Assembly (NCBI RefSeq): GCF_020745735.1
Contig: NC_083448.1
Span: 20,458,006-20,522,005 of the forward strand
Reading direction: 5' to 3'
Length of the DNA: 64,000 nucleotides
Source of the DNA: Hemiscyllium ocellatum
Lineage: Eukaryota
The notes under the pieces are model-generated. The model was given only the letters and a program-made list of their open reading frames with translations, made no database searches and was not told the origin of the DNA. Shown piece by piece: positions 43,592 through 56,969 of this stretch. The translations under genes were made by a program, and so were the position numbers. Position 1 is the first letter of the stretch, and each line of letters starts with the position of its first letter.

Positions 43592-44579
43592 CAGGAGTGA
43601 GCATTCTGGTCTGGGGAGCCCCTTGTCTTGTCTGCCTGAGGCTGAGAGCCGTGTGCATGAGCTGGGAGCAGACCCACACTGATAGACAAACAGAGGGATG
43701 ATGTCCACATCTGGAAGCATTTACCTTCTTGGGGCAGGCCCCAGGAAAGGGTCGAACGTGGACGCTGTTCCTGCTAGATCCCTTCAAACGTTGCCATCCG
43801 GCAGCTTTTTTTCTTCTTTGGGTGATGGGAAGTGTCCGAAAAGATCCTCCCAGGATTGTGTTGTATATTCTGCTAGCTGTCCTTCACCCAGGCTGGGCCT
43901 TCTCTGGGTGACCAGCAGTTCCCATGGTGTCAGCTGGCCTCCGTGAAAGCAGCAGTTCAGTTTGGGTCGCCGTGCATCTTCATCCTTACAAACAGCCTGC
44001 CATTTGCCTTGGAATTTCTGACCCAGTCTGTACGCTGCAGCTGCCCAGGGTGGTGGGCCCTGAGATCAGCTGGCCTGGCTCAGTTAGTGAAACCCCCTAA
44101 CTCCGGTGTTGTTCCCTCTCAACCCTCCTGGCTGTGAGCATGCTCCCTCCTTCCTTTACTCTGTGCTAACTCTGCAGCACTTCCCTCAACGCTGGGAACA
44201 GGGCATTTTCACGTCCTCCACAATCCACACCAGCTCTTTCTTTCTCCTGGAACTCACTTCTTTTCCACCACAAGCACATTTCATCGGGTTTTTTTTCAAA
44301 GTTGAACCAGAGCTTGAATGTGAGACAGAGAGAGATGCACCGGATGCTGTGATTATGATGAATGAAAATAAATGAATTGAAAAAGACTTGTCTTGTGTTA
44401 TTGCTGGATGTCATCCCCATCTGACTGACCGTTCCTTTGTATCTGCTGCGTATGTTCCAAACACAGGCTCAGTAAGCCCATGGTATTTTCCCTTCACAGG
44501 CTGGGGGTAGTGCTGGTAAGACCAGCATTTCCTCCTGAAATTCCTACATTTGGGAAAGTGGTCATCCACTCAGAGCCAC

Positions 44580-45795
44580 GGCGATTGTGCCGGAATCTGG
44601 CAGATGAACTTTAATGTGGAGAAGTGGGAGATTGTCCATTTGGCCAGTTAAATATGAGGGTAACTTACCATTGAAATGGGAAACAGATTGGTAGTGTGTC
44701 ACTGTAGAGGGAGCTGGGTGTCTCTCGACATGAATTGCAGAAAAGGGGTAAGCAGATGCTGCATGTTTCTGTCCTTTATAGAAATGATTTGGGTGTGAAC
44801 ATAGGAGGTAGAGTTAGTGAGTTTGCAGGTGACACCAAAATTGGAGGTGCAGTGGACAGCGAAGACGGTTACCTCAGATTACAACACGATCTGCATCAGA
44901 AGGGCCAATGGGCTGAGAAGTGGCAGATGGCCAATTCACCTGACCCGCACATCTTTGGACTGTGGGAGGAGACCGGAGCACCCGGAGGAAACCCACGCAG
45001 ACACGGGGAGAATGTGCAAACTCCACACAGTCAGTTGCCTGAGGCAGGAATTGAACCCAGGTTTCTGGTGCTAGGGTGTGTTGCTGAACAAAGAGACCTT
45101 GGAGTGCAGGTTCATAGCTCCTTAAGATGGAATTCCTGGTAGACAGAGGAGTGAAAAAGATGATGGGTTACATGCTTTTATCGGTCAGAGTATTGAGTAC
45201 ACGAGATGGGAGGTCATGTTGTGGCTGTACAGGACATTGGTTAGGCCACTATTGGAATATTGTGTGCATTTCTGGTCTCCTTCCTATTGGAAAGATGTTG
45301 TGAAACTTGAAAGGGTTCAGAAAAGTTTTACAAGGATGTTGCCAGGGTTGGAGGGTTTGAGCTACAGGGAGAGGCTGAACAGGCTGGGGCTGTTTTCCCT
45401 GGAACGTCGGAGGCTGAGGGGTGAACTTGTAGAGGTTTATAAAACATGAAGGGCATGGATAGGGTAAGTAAACAAGGTCTTTTCCCTGGGGTGGGGGAGT
45501 CCAGAACTAGAGGGCATAGGTTTTGGGTGAGAGGGGAAAGATATAAAAGAGACCTAAGGGGCAACATTTTCACACAGAGGGTAGTACGTGTATGGAATGA
45601 GCTGCCAGAGGATGTGGTGGAGGCTGGTACAATTGCAACATTTAAAAGGCATCTGGATGGGTATATGAATAGGGAGGATTTGGAGGGATATGGGCTGCGT
45701 ATTGGCAGGTGGGACTAGATTGGGTTGGGATATCTGGTCGGCATGGACAGGTTGGGCCGAAGGGTCTGTTTCGGTGCTGTCCATCTCTATGACTC
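44580..45795 (+). mobile_element. CR1/HER1-type LINE 3' fragments
   Basis: VSEFAGDTKIGG, LYRTLVRPLLEYCVHFWSP, FTQRVVRVWNELP. Confidence 0.9.
44928..45068 (-). mobile_element. HE1 SINE internal fragment nested in a CR1 LINE
   Basis: GGCCAATTCACCTGACCCGCAC...GGAATTGAACCC interrupts CR1 RT-tail sequence. Confidence 0.8.
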
Positions 45796-48700
45796 TCTGG
45801 CTGTATTTGAAGATTTCCGAATCCTCCCGCACAGCCACTAATGTTTGCAGGATGCTTTGGAAGAGTTGGTGTCAGCTGTTCGGTTCAAACAAAAGGGTCT
45901 GTCATGTTTCCTCCTCTGGCAGGAGAGGAAGTGATTGACTGTATACAATCATCAAGCAAATGGTGTCCACCAGAAATATTCTCCGAGGGCGGAAGCAGGG
46001 ACATGTGAGCAGGACTTAGACAACAAGCGAGTCCTCTCTGGATTAGGGCCAGTGCCATCGGAAGAGGAGGCATATCTGGAATCAAAATCTGAGAGAGGGG
46101 TGGGTGCCGATTCCCGATTCCCTGGGAATGGCTCAGGAACAGATAAACCCCTGGACAAGCTGGGACTCCGGTCCCTTCATTTACCTCCTGCTCTTTGGGA
46201 AGTTTAACTCCAATAGGAATGTGGCAACTAGGAGACAACATTAGAAAGTGGCGCAAAGGTTCACCAATACTCAGGGAAGCAACCGTCCGAAAATCAGGAG
46301 CAACGGGTGAAGCTGTTGGGTTGGAGTTCCACAACAGACAATGCAGTCCGAGTCTGGTTTGGGCAGTCTAACCTTCACATAACAGAGGGGTCCCAGACAC
46401 ACACTGGGGTTACATTGGGAACAGACACCTGGCTTGTAGCTCTGGGATATTAAATACTCTGGGCTGTCCTGTCTTCTCAAAAAACAGCAAAGAGTAAAAA
46501 GGAGGGGAGGTGAATGAGAGGATTGTCAGTCCTGGAGAAAGCAAGTGTTTTCGTCAACTCAAAGCCAGGCTATTTGGGCTGGAGCTGAGGGAGGTGAAGG
46601 ATGCAGACCAACCACAGGTGGGAGGGAGGGTGGGTGGGGGGGAAGAGAGAGAGAGACGAACAAATGAGCAGAGAAATTACAGAGGGATGAGAACAGGAAA
46701 GAGGTGTTCTCAGGAGAGATTTGAGCAGGTCTTAGCAGAGACTGTGGTCATGGAAGGGTCGGGAAGGGGAAGGGTTCCTCAGTGGTGCTAAGCGGAATGT
46801 CATGTGACAATCAGTATCAGTCCAATGAGAAAGGAGTCACTGGGAGAGCTGGTTCCTGGGAATGTGGTGGGGAACTCAGTGAGGTGACAGTCTGGAGACA
46901 TCCAGTGGCACTGCTGAACGTACAGTGTGAAGATGGACAAACCGCTGAGGTGGGGAGAGAAACGTTGGTGCTGTCAAAGGGGAGAGGATTTCAGTCCAGT
47001 CCCGGGATGTTCCTGGAACAAAGCCAGCACTGCCTACATGACCCAGGGGAGAGAAATAAAGGCTGGTTCTGAAGGCAGGCAGGACAATTGGGGACCAGGC
47101 AGAAGAATGCAAGGCCAGGGGCAAAGAGGGAAATAAATACAATCAGTAAAACGGGTTGCTGTTCGTGCGTTCATAGATAGATGCCAACCTGTTCCACGCA
47201 TCAACAGTGAATGTGAAGTCAAATCTGCAAGTCACCTATAAGGACATCACCAGGCAAACCGCAGGAACAGGATTCAGGCCAATTCGGGACCAGAAGGGGC
47301 AATTAAACAAGGAGAGGAGCTGTCATGTTTGAAACATCTCCAATACAGCCAATATTCTCTCATTATTTCCACCTGGAGAGTCCTTGACACTGATCCAGCT
47401 CCCTCGGACCTCACTCTCAGTCTGAATCCGCTCTCTGACACTCCTGTTTCTGTGTGTCAGCCAGGGCTCCCTGATTGAACCAGGTTAACAGCCCCAATTG
47501 GGGAACTCCGATTTTATGAGCTCCCCCTCCCCCCAGCCGACTTCATTCCAATCACGACGATGTTGCGTGAAAACGTTGTATCTGTGCTGATCTTTAACGC
47601 AGCTGGTGACCAACCTCAGGCACGAGCAAGACTTCTTATTGAGAAGGAGGAAGCCTGGCTGCACAGAGCAGTGATTTTGGAAGGAATGCATTCTGGGATA
47701 TTGGAGGGAGGGACAGTGGAAATTGTCAAGGCACTGACAATGATTTTCCAATCTGCCTGGATTTGGGGAGGTGCTGGTCAACTGGAGAATTGGAAACTTT
47801 ATCACCTTCTTTAAGAAGGGCTGTGAGTTCAACAATGATAAATTAATGTGAAGCAAAAGCTGGCCAAACTCTGCAGGTTTGATAGCATCTGGGGAGAGAG
47901 ACAAACCGAGTTAATGTTTCAATTCCAATGAACCTTCATTAAAACCGTTTTTCCAGCAATTACGGTTTCTGTTTCTGATTTCCAGCATCTGCTGTTCTTT
48001 GGGAGTGTTTTTGTGACATGAGAAAGATGTGGTTGATTCAGCCAGAGTCTGTTCAGAAAAAACGATGTGGAACATGTTGGCATCTATCGAGCAGTGAACA
48101 GAAAAGTTCTGTGGCAGGAACGCGATTGATGTGATGTACACAGACTCCCAAAAAACAGTGCCACACAACAAACCTGGGAGCAACGGAGGAGGTCATGGAA
48201 TAAGAGGGACAATAGCAATGTGAATACCACATTGTTTAAAAGACAGGGAGCAAAGAGAATATTCGATTGCTGTTTCTCAGGCTGCAGTGAGATTCCCCAG
48301 GGATCAGTCCTGAAACACTGCCAGCTGCTGATCAATAGAAATGACTGAGATCCTGGTGTTCAGGAGATAATTTCCAAGTTTGTGAATGACACAAAGCTTG
48401 GGAGAATTATAAAGTGTTATGTGGATAGTGTCGGACTTCAAATAGACATTGACAAACTGGATTGGGCGGTGGCAGACCAAGTTTCCTGGAGTAAGGGGGA
48501 ATACATTTTCTGGAAGAAAACTCAGAATAGGTCCTCGTAACTTCTCATTGTCTTCTTGTAGGAATACAGCACCGACATTCACTTCACTCACACTGATAGC
48601 CATCTTGAATGGCTTTGTGTCCCAAGGTGTGGCTCACGCTGAGGTAATGGTTAACACAGCTTTCACGCTCTCTAAATGCCTTCTGATGGTCTTCATGGAA

Positions 48701-50538
48701 GAACTGAAACCAACATGGTCATTAAAAAAGATGAGAGATTTCACAAACAATCCAGGTCTTTTTCAAGATATAATTTCAGTTACATAACACTGCAAACTTT
48801 TGCTATAAAATCTGTGTCTTACGATCTTATTCTCTACAACCACCTGATAAAGGAGCAGCACTCTGAAAGCTCGTGCTTCCAAATAAACCTGTTGGACTAT
48901 AACCTGGTGTGGTGTGGTTTTTAACTTTGATTTCTTGGCAGCTTCCTGTTTCATCCCATACTGAGTTACTTTTAAATGCTGTCCAAACACTTACCTGTTC
49001 TCATCAATCTTTCTCGAAAATTTGACACTTTGTTCAAACATGTTATCTCTGACTCACCAATTTCTCCTTAATGAAGTTTAGTGGGCCTCTTCCCTTCTGC
49101 CCCAAAACTCATCGAAATGGGCTGAAGTTGGCAGACTGTCCTGGTGCAGCCCTAATTGCAAAAACTATCAATGGAATCCTCTGGATAGTCTGGACTGTAA
49201 GTCTTCAACATGGTCTTCAAAGTTTGATGCCATCTTTCTAATACTCTGTGATCCTGGAAAGTACGTGGTGGATTTGAATTGATTTATTCCGAAACTATCT
49301 CGAATGTCCTGGAATAATTTTGGTATAGAATTTGACCCTTAATCTGATTGTATGTCTGTGGGTTGTTTGTATCGCGTGAAAAATTTGAGTCACTCTTTCA
49401 CAATCCTTTTAGCTGACATACTGCATAATAGAATGGCCTCTAGAAATCTTGGAGATACATCCATTATTGTTAGCAAATATTGAGCCCCACTCTTTGTTTT
49501 ACATTGGGGTCCGACACAATGAATGAAGACACTTGTAAAAGATTCCTCAATGAGTGGCCAGGATGTTGATTTTATTTCTGCCTGTGGTTTTCCAATTCCC
49601 TGACACTCGACATCTCCAGCAAAAACTAACCACGTCCTGCTACAGTCCAGGCCGGTAAAAATGGTTTTGTATTTCAGCTTTGAGTTTTCCTTCCTCCAAA
49701 TGAGCACCTCCTGGTAAGTCATGCACCACCCGCAATACCCCCTTTCCATAACCCATCAGTTTGACAACGTGATGAGCTTCTGCCCATTTCTCGTCTGCGT
49801 GAAAATGTGACGGTCTCCATTTCCTGATGGAGCCTTTGGTTCTGAAACAGTGACACTCTGGGATACACTCAGATTCTTCTTCTGAGTACATGTTTGATAT
49901 CATTGCTTTGTTCATGTTTCTGTCATGATTCAGGTCAATCCTCTGAACTAAAACTATCCACTTTGTCCTCCACCTGTTGCTGTATTTTTCTTCAACTCTT
50001 CAATCAAATATACTTTCGAATAATGACACTTCAACTTCCTTGTCTTCACTCCTTCATTTCTCCTCCTGTTTCTTTGATCTGTGGCTTTGTGACCTTGTCA
50101 CCATACAGTCAGGAAAGATCCCAGGAAACGCTTCCTGTAACACCTCAGTTGCCTGACTTTCCACTGGCTTTTTAACCACAGTGAGCAGCACTCCTCCCGG
50201 TGAACCAGCTTGTCATTAGCAAGGACAAATTGTATTCCCGGAGCTGAGAGTTTCTGCAGTACTCCTACCACAACTTGCCCACTCTTCACTGGATATTCCA
50301 ACCCCAGGTTATATCATGGAACATTGCCCTTCTCACTATGAATGTCACATATTCCCACGTTTTCTGACAATACTCCTTCTGAATTACATATCTCCTCGTC
50401 TTACAGCAACACAGATTGACAGGATCTGTGTCTCTTGATATTGTAACCTCTTTACCTGCTGCTCCTGGCCAATGCGAGTAAATGTTACCTTTGCAGGTGT
50501 ATGGTTTCAGGAGATCTGGCACATCCTCTTTAACCAAG

Positions 50539-50828
50539 GACAGCATGGTGACACAGCAGTTAGCACTGCTGCCTCACAGCACCAGGGACCCAAGTTCGAT
50601 TCCAGTCTGAGGTGACTGTCTGTATGGAGTTTGCACATTCTCCCTGTGTCTATGTGGGTTTCCTCCCGCAAAGATGTGCTGGTCAGATGAATTGGCCATG
50701 CTAAATTGCTTTTACTGTTTAGGGATATTAGTCAGAGGGAAATGGGTCTGGGTGGGTTACTCTTTGGAGGATCAGTGTGGGCTTGTTAGGCCAAAGGGCC
50801 TGTTTTCACACTGTAGGGAATCTAATCA
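50539..50828 (+). mobile_element. HE1-type V-SINE nested in the Gypsy element
   Basis: Diverged copy of the same consensus. Confidence 0.82.
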
Positions 50829-52567
50829 ACCTTTGACAAGGTTGTACATTCTGGTGCAACTTTTTAGCATCCACTGTGCTCTTCATTTCCACTCCAACAA
50901 AATTCACTGGCTTATCCTGTTTTCCTACATCTGTATTCCCAGTGCTTTTCCTAACCCACCAACACTGTGTATTCATATGGTTACTTTACTGCAATGATAA
51001 CACCAGAGCTTTTTAACTTCTCTTTTCCCTTCAAGGGTTTCCATTTTATCCTGTGATAAATTATCCTTGTGATCTTCACCAAGATCTACCTTTCCCTTAT
51101 CATGTGAGGATTTCTCTTTCCCCCAATTTCTATCCCTCACGGATTGAAATTCGTTTTGGACACCAAACTTTGATTTATGAACCAATTCGTTATCATCGGT
51201 CCTTTCAGCTGTTCATCTTGCCGTTTAACTCTCTGCTCTTCCACGTGAGTTCACATTAATTCAGGAGGTGAATTTTTGAACTCCTCCAAAATAATCATTT
51301 CTGTCAGAGTGTCATGGGTTTGCTCTATTTTAATGCCCTTAGCCACCTATCAAAATTACTTTGTTTGTACCTTTCAAACTCACTGTAGGTTTGACCGAGG
51401 TCCCTCTTGGATTCCTGAAACATTGTCGAAAGGCTTCTGGCACAAGCTGAAATGCACTTAAGATGGCTTTCTTTACTTCCTCACACGCCCAAAATATGTC
51501 CTCTGAAAGTAATGAAAATACCTCACGGGCACTAACTCCAAATTTTGTTTGGATCAACAAAACCGATATGGTCACTGGCCCCTTCATTTGTTTAGCCACC
51601 TTCTCAATTTAGATGAAAAAGACTTCTACATCCTTCTCATCAAATTTAGGCAATGCATGAATATATTCACACAGATTCTCACCAGGGTTTTGGCTAACCT
51701 GGGTTTGCTCATCCTCACTCTATCCTCATCAAGCTTACCTTCACCTTTCATCTCCATCCTGTTAAGCTGACTTGCCTGCCTCAGTTGAAAATGTGTTGCT
51801 GGAAAAGCGCAGCAGGTCAGGCAGCATCCAAGGAGCAGGAGAATCGACCTTTCGGGCAGAAGCCCTTCCTTTCCTGTCGAAGTGCCAACTTGTAAAATTC
51901 ACACTTTCTCTCTTCCTTTTCTCTTTCTTTTTGTTCATTTCGGGATATTTGTTACTTTTGTCTCTAATTTCCAAGGATTCCGATGGAATTTCCAGCAATG
52001 CTAAAGGTCGAGTTATTGATGTCATGACCTCCCCTGTTCTCCATGGACCAAGGCAAGCCCAACTCCAGTTGGTCGGCCAATTCCAACATCTTGACATTGG
52101 TCACTTCCTGTAAAACTCCCATAGTCATTTCCTCCACTCCCTGGAAACTCATAGTGAGCAGAAGAGCCATTACGACACAAGGGACCCCCTGTTTAAGCTA
52201 ACCAAATCCAACTCCTGAAACTAAAGATCCAAATACCTCCCATTCACTGCCTGCGGATCCAACAATCCGAAACCCAACCTGGAATGAGAGACTTTAATCC
52301 TGCAAGTGCCCCCAGTGTGTTACAAACCACACCGAGCCCCCTCAGAATATTTTAGGAAGATAGCCTCCACTCTCACCTTTTCTTATTTTAAATGTAGCTG
52401 TGGAGAGTGTCTTCCAGATGCGGTACAACTGGTCAGACTAATTGACAATAAGCAAAACACAATTTATTTAAACACTATTGTTAAAATACAAACAAAAGAA
52501 AGAGGAATTGAGAATAACAACTCTACTGGAAAACTTCACAGAGATTTACAATTCTTAAAGTTTTATT

Positions 52568-52880
52568 TTGAATCCCTACAGTGTGGAAACAGGCCCTTCG
52601 GCCCAACAAGTCCACACTGACTCTCTGAAGAGTAACCCACCTAGACCCATTCCCCTACCCAGTTGTCCTATATTTACCCCTGACTAATACACCTAACCTA
52701 CACATCCCTGAACACTATGGGCAATTCATCACGGCCAATCCATCTCACCTGAACATCTCTGGATGATGGGAGGAAACCGGAGCACCCGGATAAACCCATG
52801 TAGACAGTCACCCGAGGGTGGAATTGAACCCGGTCTCTTGTGCTGTTGTGCCAGCTACTGAGCCAACATGCTGTTCCCAT
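52568..52880 (-). mobile_element. HE1-type V-SINE (minus strand), nested in the putative LTR
   Basis: Reverse complement of the SINE tail, V-domain and head. Confidence 0.8.
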
Positions 52881-54194
52881 GGTAAACACAGTAACTATTG
52901 CTGAATACTGTTCCAATATAGTAACACACCTTTGGCAAAAAGGCAAATTCAGAACACAGATTTTCTAACATGCAATGCTTGCAATAGGAAGAGACATCTC
53001 AGCTTCTACATTCTGCTCAACCCTAAAGCTAAAGAAAATGTGGAAATCCTGGATCTGTGAGAGTTGAACCACACCCATCCAGGCTGCTTCTATTGTTTCA
53101 ACATCTGAAAGCAAGCCCTCAGACCTCACTGACTGATTATGTTCCCACAGACCGCTCAGCACCTCTCGTTCACTCTGCCTCTGAAATGAAGCCAGAACAA
53201 AATACATTTCCTCAAGCCATTCCATGACCCTTCCTCAGATGGAGGGGTCATGGGGACCCACCTAGGTTATCCCAGTTATCCCTCTGTCCTGTGGGGTCTA
53301 TGCAACATTTTTGCTCATGCTCTCTCTCATACATTGAAGATGTTATCAGTGCTATTTGCTGTTCCCAGGTCCCACTTTCCATGGGAATCAGTGATTAATT
53401 TGTTTCAATCTCACCTTCTGTATCTGCTGCCCATTAATATTTACTCATTTGTTCCCAGAATGTGAGCCTTGCATTTATTACCCATCCCTAGTTGCCAAGG
53501 AGTTAGTGTGGGTCATTGGAATGGGATGTCAAGCAGACTGGGTGAGGACAAGCAGATTGTAATCCCTCTAGGACATGAGTGAGGCAGACACCCAGTTACC
53601 ATTTGGCCATATTGCTGGTCTTGATTATGGTTTAGAGGGGCTGGTGTTCCACAACCATGGGCAGCTAGGGTCACCAGTTTATACAGCACCTCCACTCTGA
53701 CCGAATCTGTGTGAACGAGTCCGACAGTCTCGTTCCTCATGATCCCTGTGTGTGGATCAGACAGCAGTCTGTCACAGGGCTCAGGGCAACAGGGAGAGCT
53801 GCTTTTGGAGATGGAACTTGCCTGTCCTCATGAATTGATGTCAACACAGCATTAGGGCAGCTTCAGTCTGAGCTTCCTGTCCTTCCTTTTCCCATCAGGA
53901 TGTGCTTTTCACAGAGAAACCAACACAACACTCTTCCGAGAGGCAGGATGGAACATATCTGGGACAGACCTCAGGAATGACATGTAACAAGAGGTTAGCT
54001 CACAGTTGCTGGAGTCATGGACAGGCTGAGAGGAGGAGACCAGCTGAGTCACAGGGGCTCTCAACAAAACACTCTTCTTGGTAGAGACAGAAACAGAAAT
54101 TACTGGAAAAGCTCAGTGGATCCAGCAGCATCTTTGGAGAGAAATCCGAGTGAATGTTTCAGGTCTGGTGACCCTTCCACCAAACTGGGCTGAG

Positions 54195-55266
54195 TTCTGG
54201 GTCCAGTACTTTTCGACATTTATACAAATGATTTGGATGCGAGCATAAGAGGTACTGTTAGTAAGTTTGCAGATGACACCAAAATTGGAGGTGTAGGGGA
54301 CAGCGAAGAGGGTTACCCCAGATTACAACTGGATCTTGATCAGATGGGCCAATGGGCTGAGAAGTGGCAGATGGAGTTTAATTTAGATAAATGCGAGGTG
54401 CTCCATTGTGGGAAAGTAAATCTTAGCAGGACTTATACACTTAATGGTAAGGTCCTAGGGAGTGTTACTGAACAAAGAGACCTTGGAGTGCAGATTCATA
54501 GCTCCTTGAAAGTGGAGTCGCAGGTAGATAGGATAGTGAAGAAGGTGTTTGATATGCTTTCCTTTATTGCTCAGAGTATTGAGTACAGGAGTTGGGAGGT
54601 CATGTTGTGGCTGTACAGGACATTGGTTAGGCCACTTTTGGAATATAGTGTAGAATTCTGGCCTCTTTCCTATCGGAAAGATGTTGTGAAACTTGAAAGG
54701 GTTCAGAGAAGATTTACAAGGATGTTGCCAGGGTGTAGGATTTGAGCGATAGGGCGAGGCTGAACAGGCTGGGGCTGTTTTCCCTGCAGCGTAGGAGGCT
54801 GAGGGGTGACCTTACAGAGGTTTATAAAATCATGAGGGTTATGGATAGGGTAAATAGGCAAAGTCTTTTCCCTGGGGTGGGGGAGGCCAGAACTAGAGGC
54901 CATAGGTTTGGGGTGAGGGGAAAGATATAAAAGTTGCCTAAAGGGCAACATTTTCATGCAGAGGGTGGTACGTGTATGGAATAAGTTGTAATTACTTCAA
55001 CACTTTAAATGTATTTTGAAGAACTGAGTCTTTAATGTTTATATTTGTTTGACAGTATCTTGTTTCAGTATTGTGGAAAAAAGGTATTTTGGTGAAGGTT
55101 GGTGGAGGCTGAAACAATGACAACATTTAAGAGGCATCTGGATGGGTATATGAATAGGAAGGGTTTGGAGGGATATGGACCGGGTGCTGGCAGGTGGGAC
55201 TAGATTGGGTTGGGATATCTGGTCGGCATGGACGGGTTGGACTGAAGAGTCTGTTTCAGTGCTGTA
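54195..55266 (+). mobile_element. CR1/HER1-type LINE 3' fragment
   Basis: VSKFADDTKIGG...WQMEFNLDKCEVLH...RPLLEYSVEFW...[14 protein letters not shown]. Confidence 0.92.
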
Positions 55267-56234
55267 TTTCAGTGTGACTTTAAGACTTGGTTTGGGAATT
55301 CCCAACCTTTGAGCCAATCCCCGAGGCAGAGTGGAGAGAAAGGGGATTGCTGACAAGCCAGAATTCCAGAGTTGAGGACCTCTGTACGTGATGCAGGATT
55401 TCTGTAGCATTCCCTGGACTGATTTGAAAACAGTGCTGAAAATGAGTGAGTCAGAGTGGGGCCAGTGACGATTGTCCAGAAGTTAGTGTGAGTGATTCAT
55501 GAACAGGTTGCTTCTGGAGAATGGGGAATGGGAAATTAGCCAGGAGACCCTGAGGGAAGTGAGCTGAGAGGGAACAAAAGCGTTGTTGGGTCTCCCGGCA
55601 GCCAGGGGAAATGAAGCTGGGTGACAGAGATGGAGATGATCTCACGTTCAGATGGTGAGAGTCTGGGGTTGGGGTGGGCTGTCGTTTCCCCAGGATTGTT
55701 CCAGTCAGGAATCTGGTAACAACCTTCAGACTCATGCCTGGAATAGACGCTTCATTCTGGGCAACATGTCATTCTGACAGTTTGGAAAAGTGAGCTTTGG
55801 AAAATGCTGGGACTGCTTTGTTGGGAATAAGAACTCCTGGAGGGAAATGGTCAATGGGTGAGGGACAGGAGGAGAGCGATCTGAACCGTATTCCCTCAGA
55901 CATGAGAGTCAGACCCTATCACTGCTCCCTCAGGTATAGGGCAGTGCCAGCCTCTGAGAAGGTGGAGGGCATGTCTCCCCAGTATTCTTTTGCAATATTT
56001 GTCCGTGCACTAACATTGCAAAATACAACGAATGAATCACTGATCTCCATCCTATTTACAGGATCAATTATGGCGGATGCAAAAGATCCCGACATTACAC
56101 CAACAACATTTCCACAATCTCTCAATGGCTGGGAACTGTGTAAGGATGCGTTCAGATTGTGAGGGGTGCTATGTAAATGCAAGTTCTTTTTGATTTAGTG
56201 GACAATGTGGCCTTGAAATGGTTAATGGTGAAGT

Positions 56235-56353
56235 CTTTAATTGATGTTAATCCCCAATCCTGTTCACCTGGCCTCATGGCCAATTCCTTTATAAAAACCT
56301 GAGTGGGGAGTTGTTCCTGTTTTTAATTTGTTCCATTTTTGGATTAAAGGTGG
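56235..56353 (+). promoter_or_regulatory. Candidate NPM2 core promoter and short non-coding first exon
   Basis: TAATTG 56238-56243, TAATCC about 56248-56253, E-box CACCTG 56265-56270, CCAAT 56280-56284, TATAAAA 56290-56296. Donor GG|gtaagt at 56354 pairs with acceptor ttttag ending at 56900. Confidence 0.55.
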
Positions 56354-56911
56354 GTAAGTATATTTGGAAGTTTTTTTCCTGGATGGTTTCTTCTCTGGGA
56401 GAAAGCTTCTGACTTTTATACTTTTTTCCTTGATAGATGCCCACTGTTTTAATTGGTTTGGAGAGGGCTTTCTGTTGTAGGTGGTGAGGGATAGAGAGTT
56501 AAATACTTCTTGATTCCCCAGCAGGGTTTTAATTGTTATTTTATTTTTAACTTCATCTCACTTGTGCCATTCAAACATTTCATGTTGTGTGCACTCAAGT
56601 CTCTACCTCTTTTTCACTCTGTTCCATGTTCTGAGTGTTTTTCCCAATTTGATTTGTCTATAATCCTAGTCCCCTGGCTGAGACAATGGGAGACTTTCTC
56701 ATGTGTAACTTCAGTTGACTGTTGCTGGGAGCTGTGGATGGTAGGGTTGTCCCTGTTGCTCACTGAGTGAAGTGAGTCGGGGGGGGGGGGAAGGGGAGGG
56801 GTGTTTTTGTGCGTTATTGAATTTACTCTGTTTTGAGCTGGCCTTTACATGCTCCAGTTCAAATGTGCTGAAAGCTTTTATCTGTTTTTTACCTTTTTAG
56901 AGCACCCAAGA

Positions 56912-56969
56912 ATGACTTCAAATAGAAGTGTAACCAGCAAGTCTGACAGACCCATTGCTGTTCTATGGA
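56912..56969 (+). CDS. NPM2: NPM2 first coding exon
   Basis: [19 protein letters not shown] versus Xenopus MASTVSNTSKLEKPVSLIW; donor A|gtaagg. Confidence 0.85.

Larger units (their letters stand above)
39210..44395 (+). other. Putative non-coding terminal exon / long 3'UTR of the beta-TrCP-like gene
   Basis: Donor CG|gtaagc at 35726 and a strong (CT)n...ttcag acceptor ending at 39209. A largely TE-free stretch runs to AATAAA at 44367-44372, followed by GU-rich sequence. The 3' end is inferred. Confidence 0.5.
48510..53230 (-). mobile_element. Decayed Ty3/Gypsy LTR retrotransposon, Gmr1-like domain order (gag-PR-IN-[RT]-RH), with 5' LTR and tRNA-Pro-like PBS
   Basis: Gag VKKAILSAFQLVPEAFRQCFRN, knuckle CYHC, protease ISRDT and VVVGV...FVLAND, integrase FTSVFIHCVGP..TKSGAQYLLTIMDVSPRFLEAI, RNase H-like SEVNVGAVFLQED. 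LTR end TGTAACA at 52324-52318 is followed by TGGGGGC. Confidence 0.8.

Noticed and set aside
45935-46460. ORF containing HQANG, reminiscent of an integrase motif
   Set aside because: No other integrase motifs nearby; probably chance.
44400-56200. An FGF8/17/18/24 or TLX family gene between the beta-TrCP-like gene and NPM2
   Set aside because: No recognisable exons; the interval is mostly CR1, SINE and Gypsy remnants.
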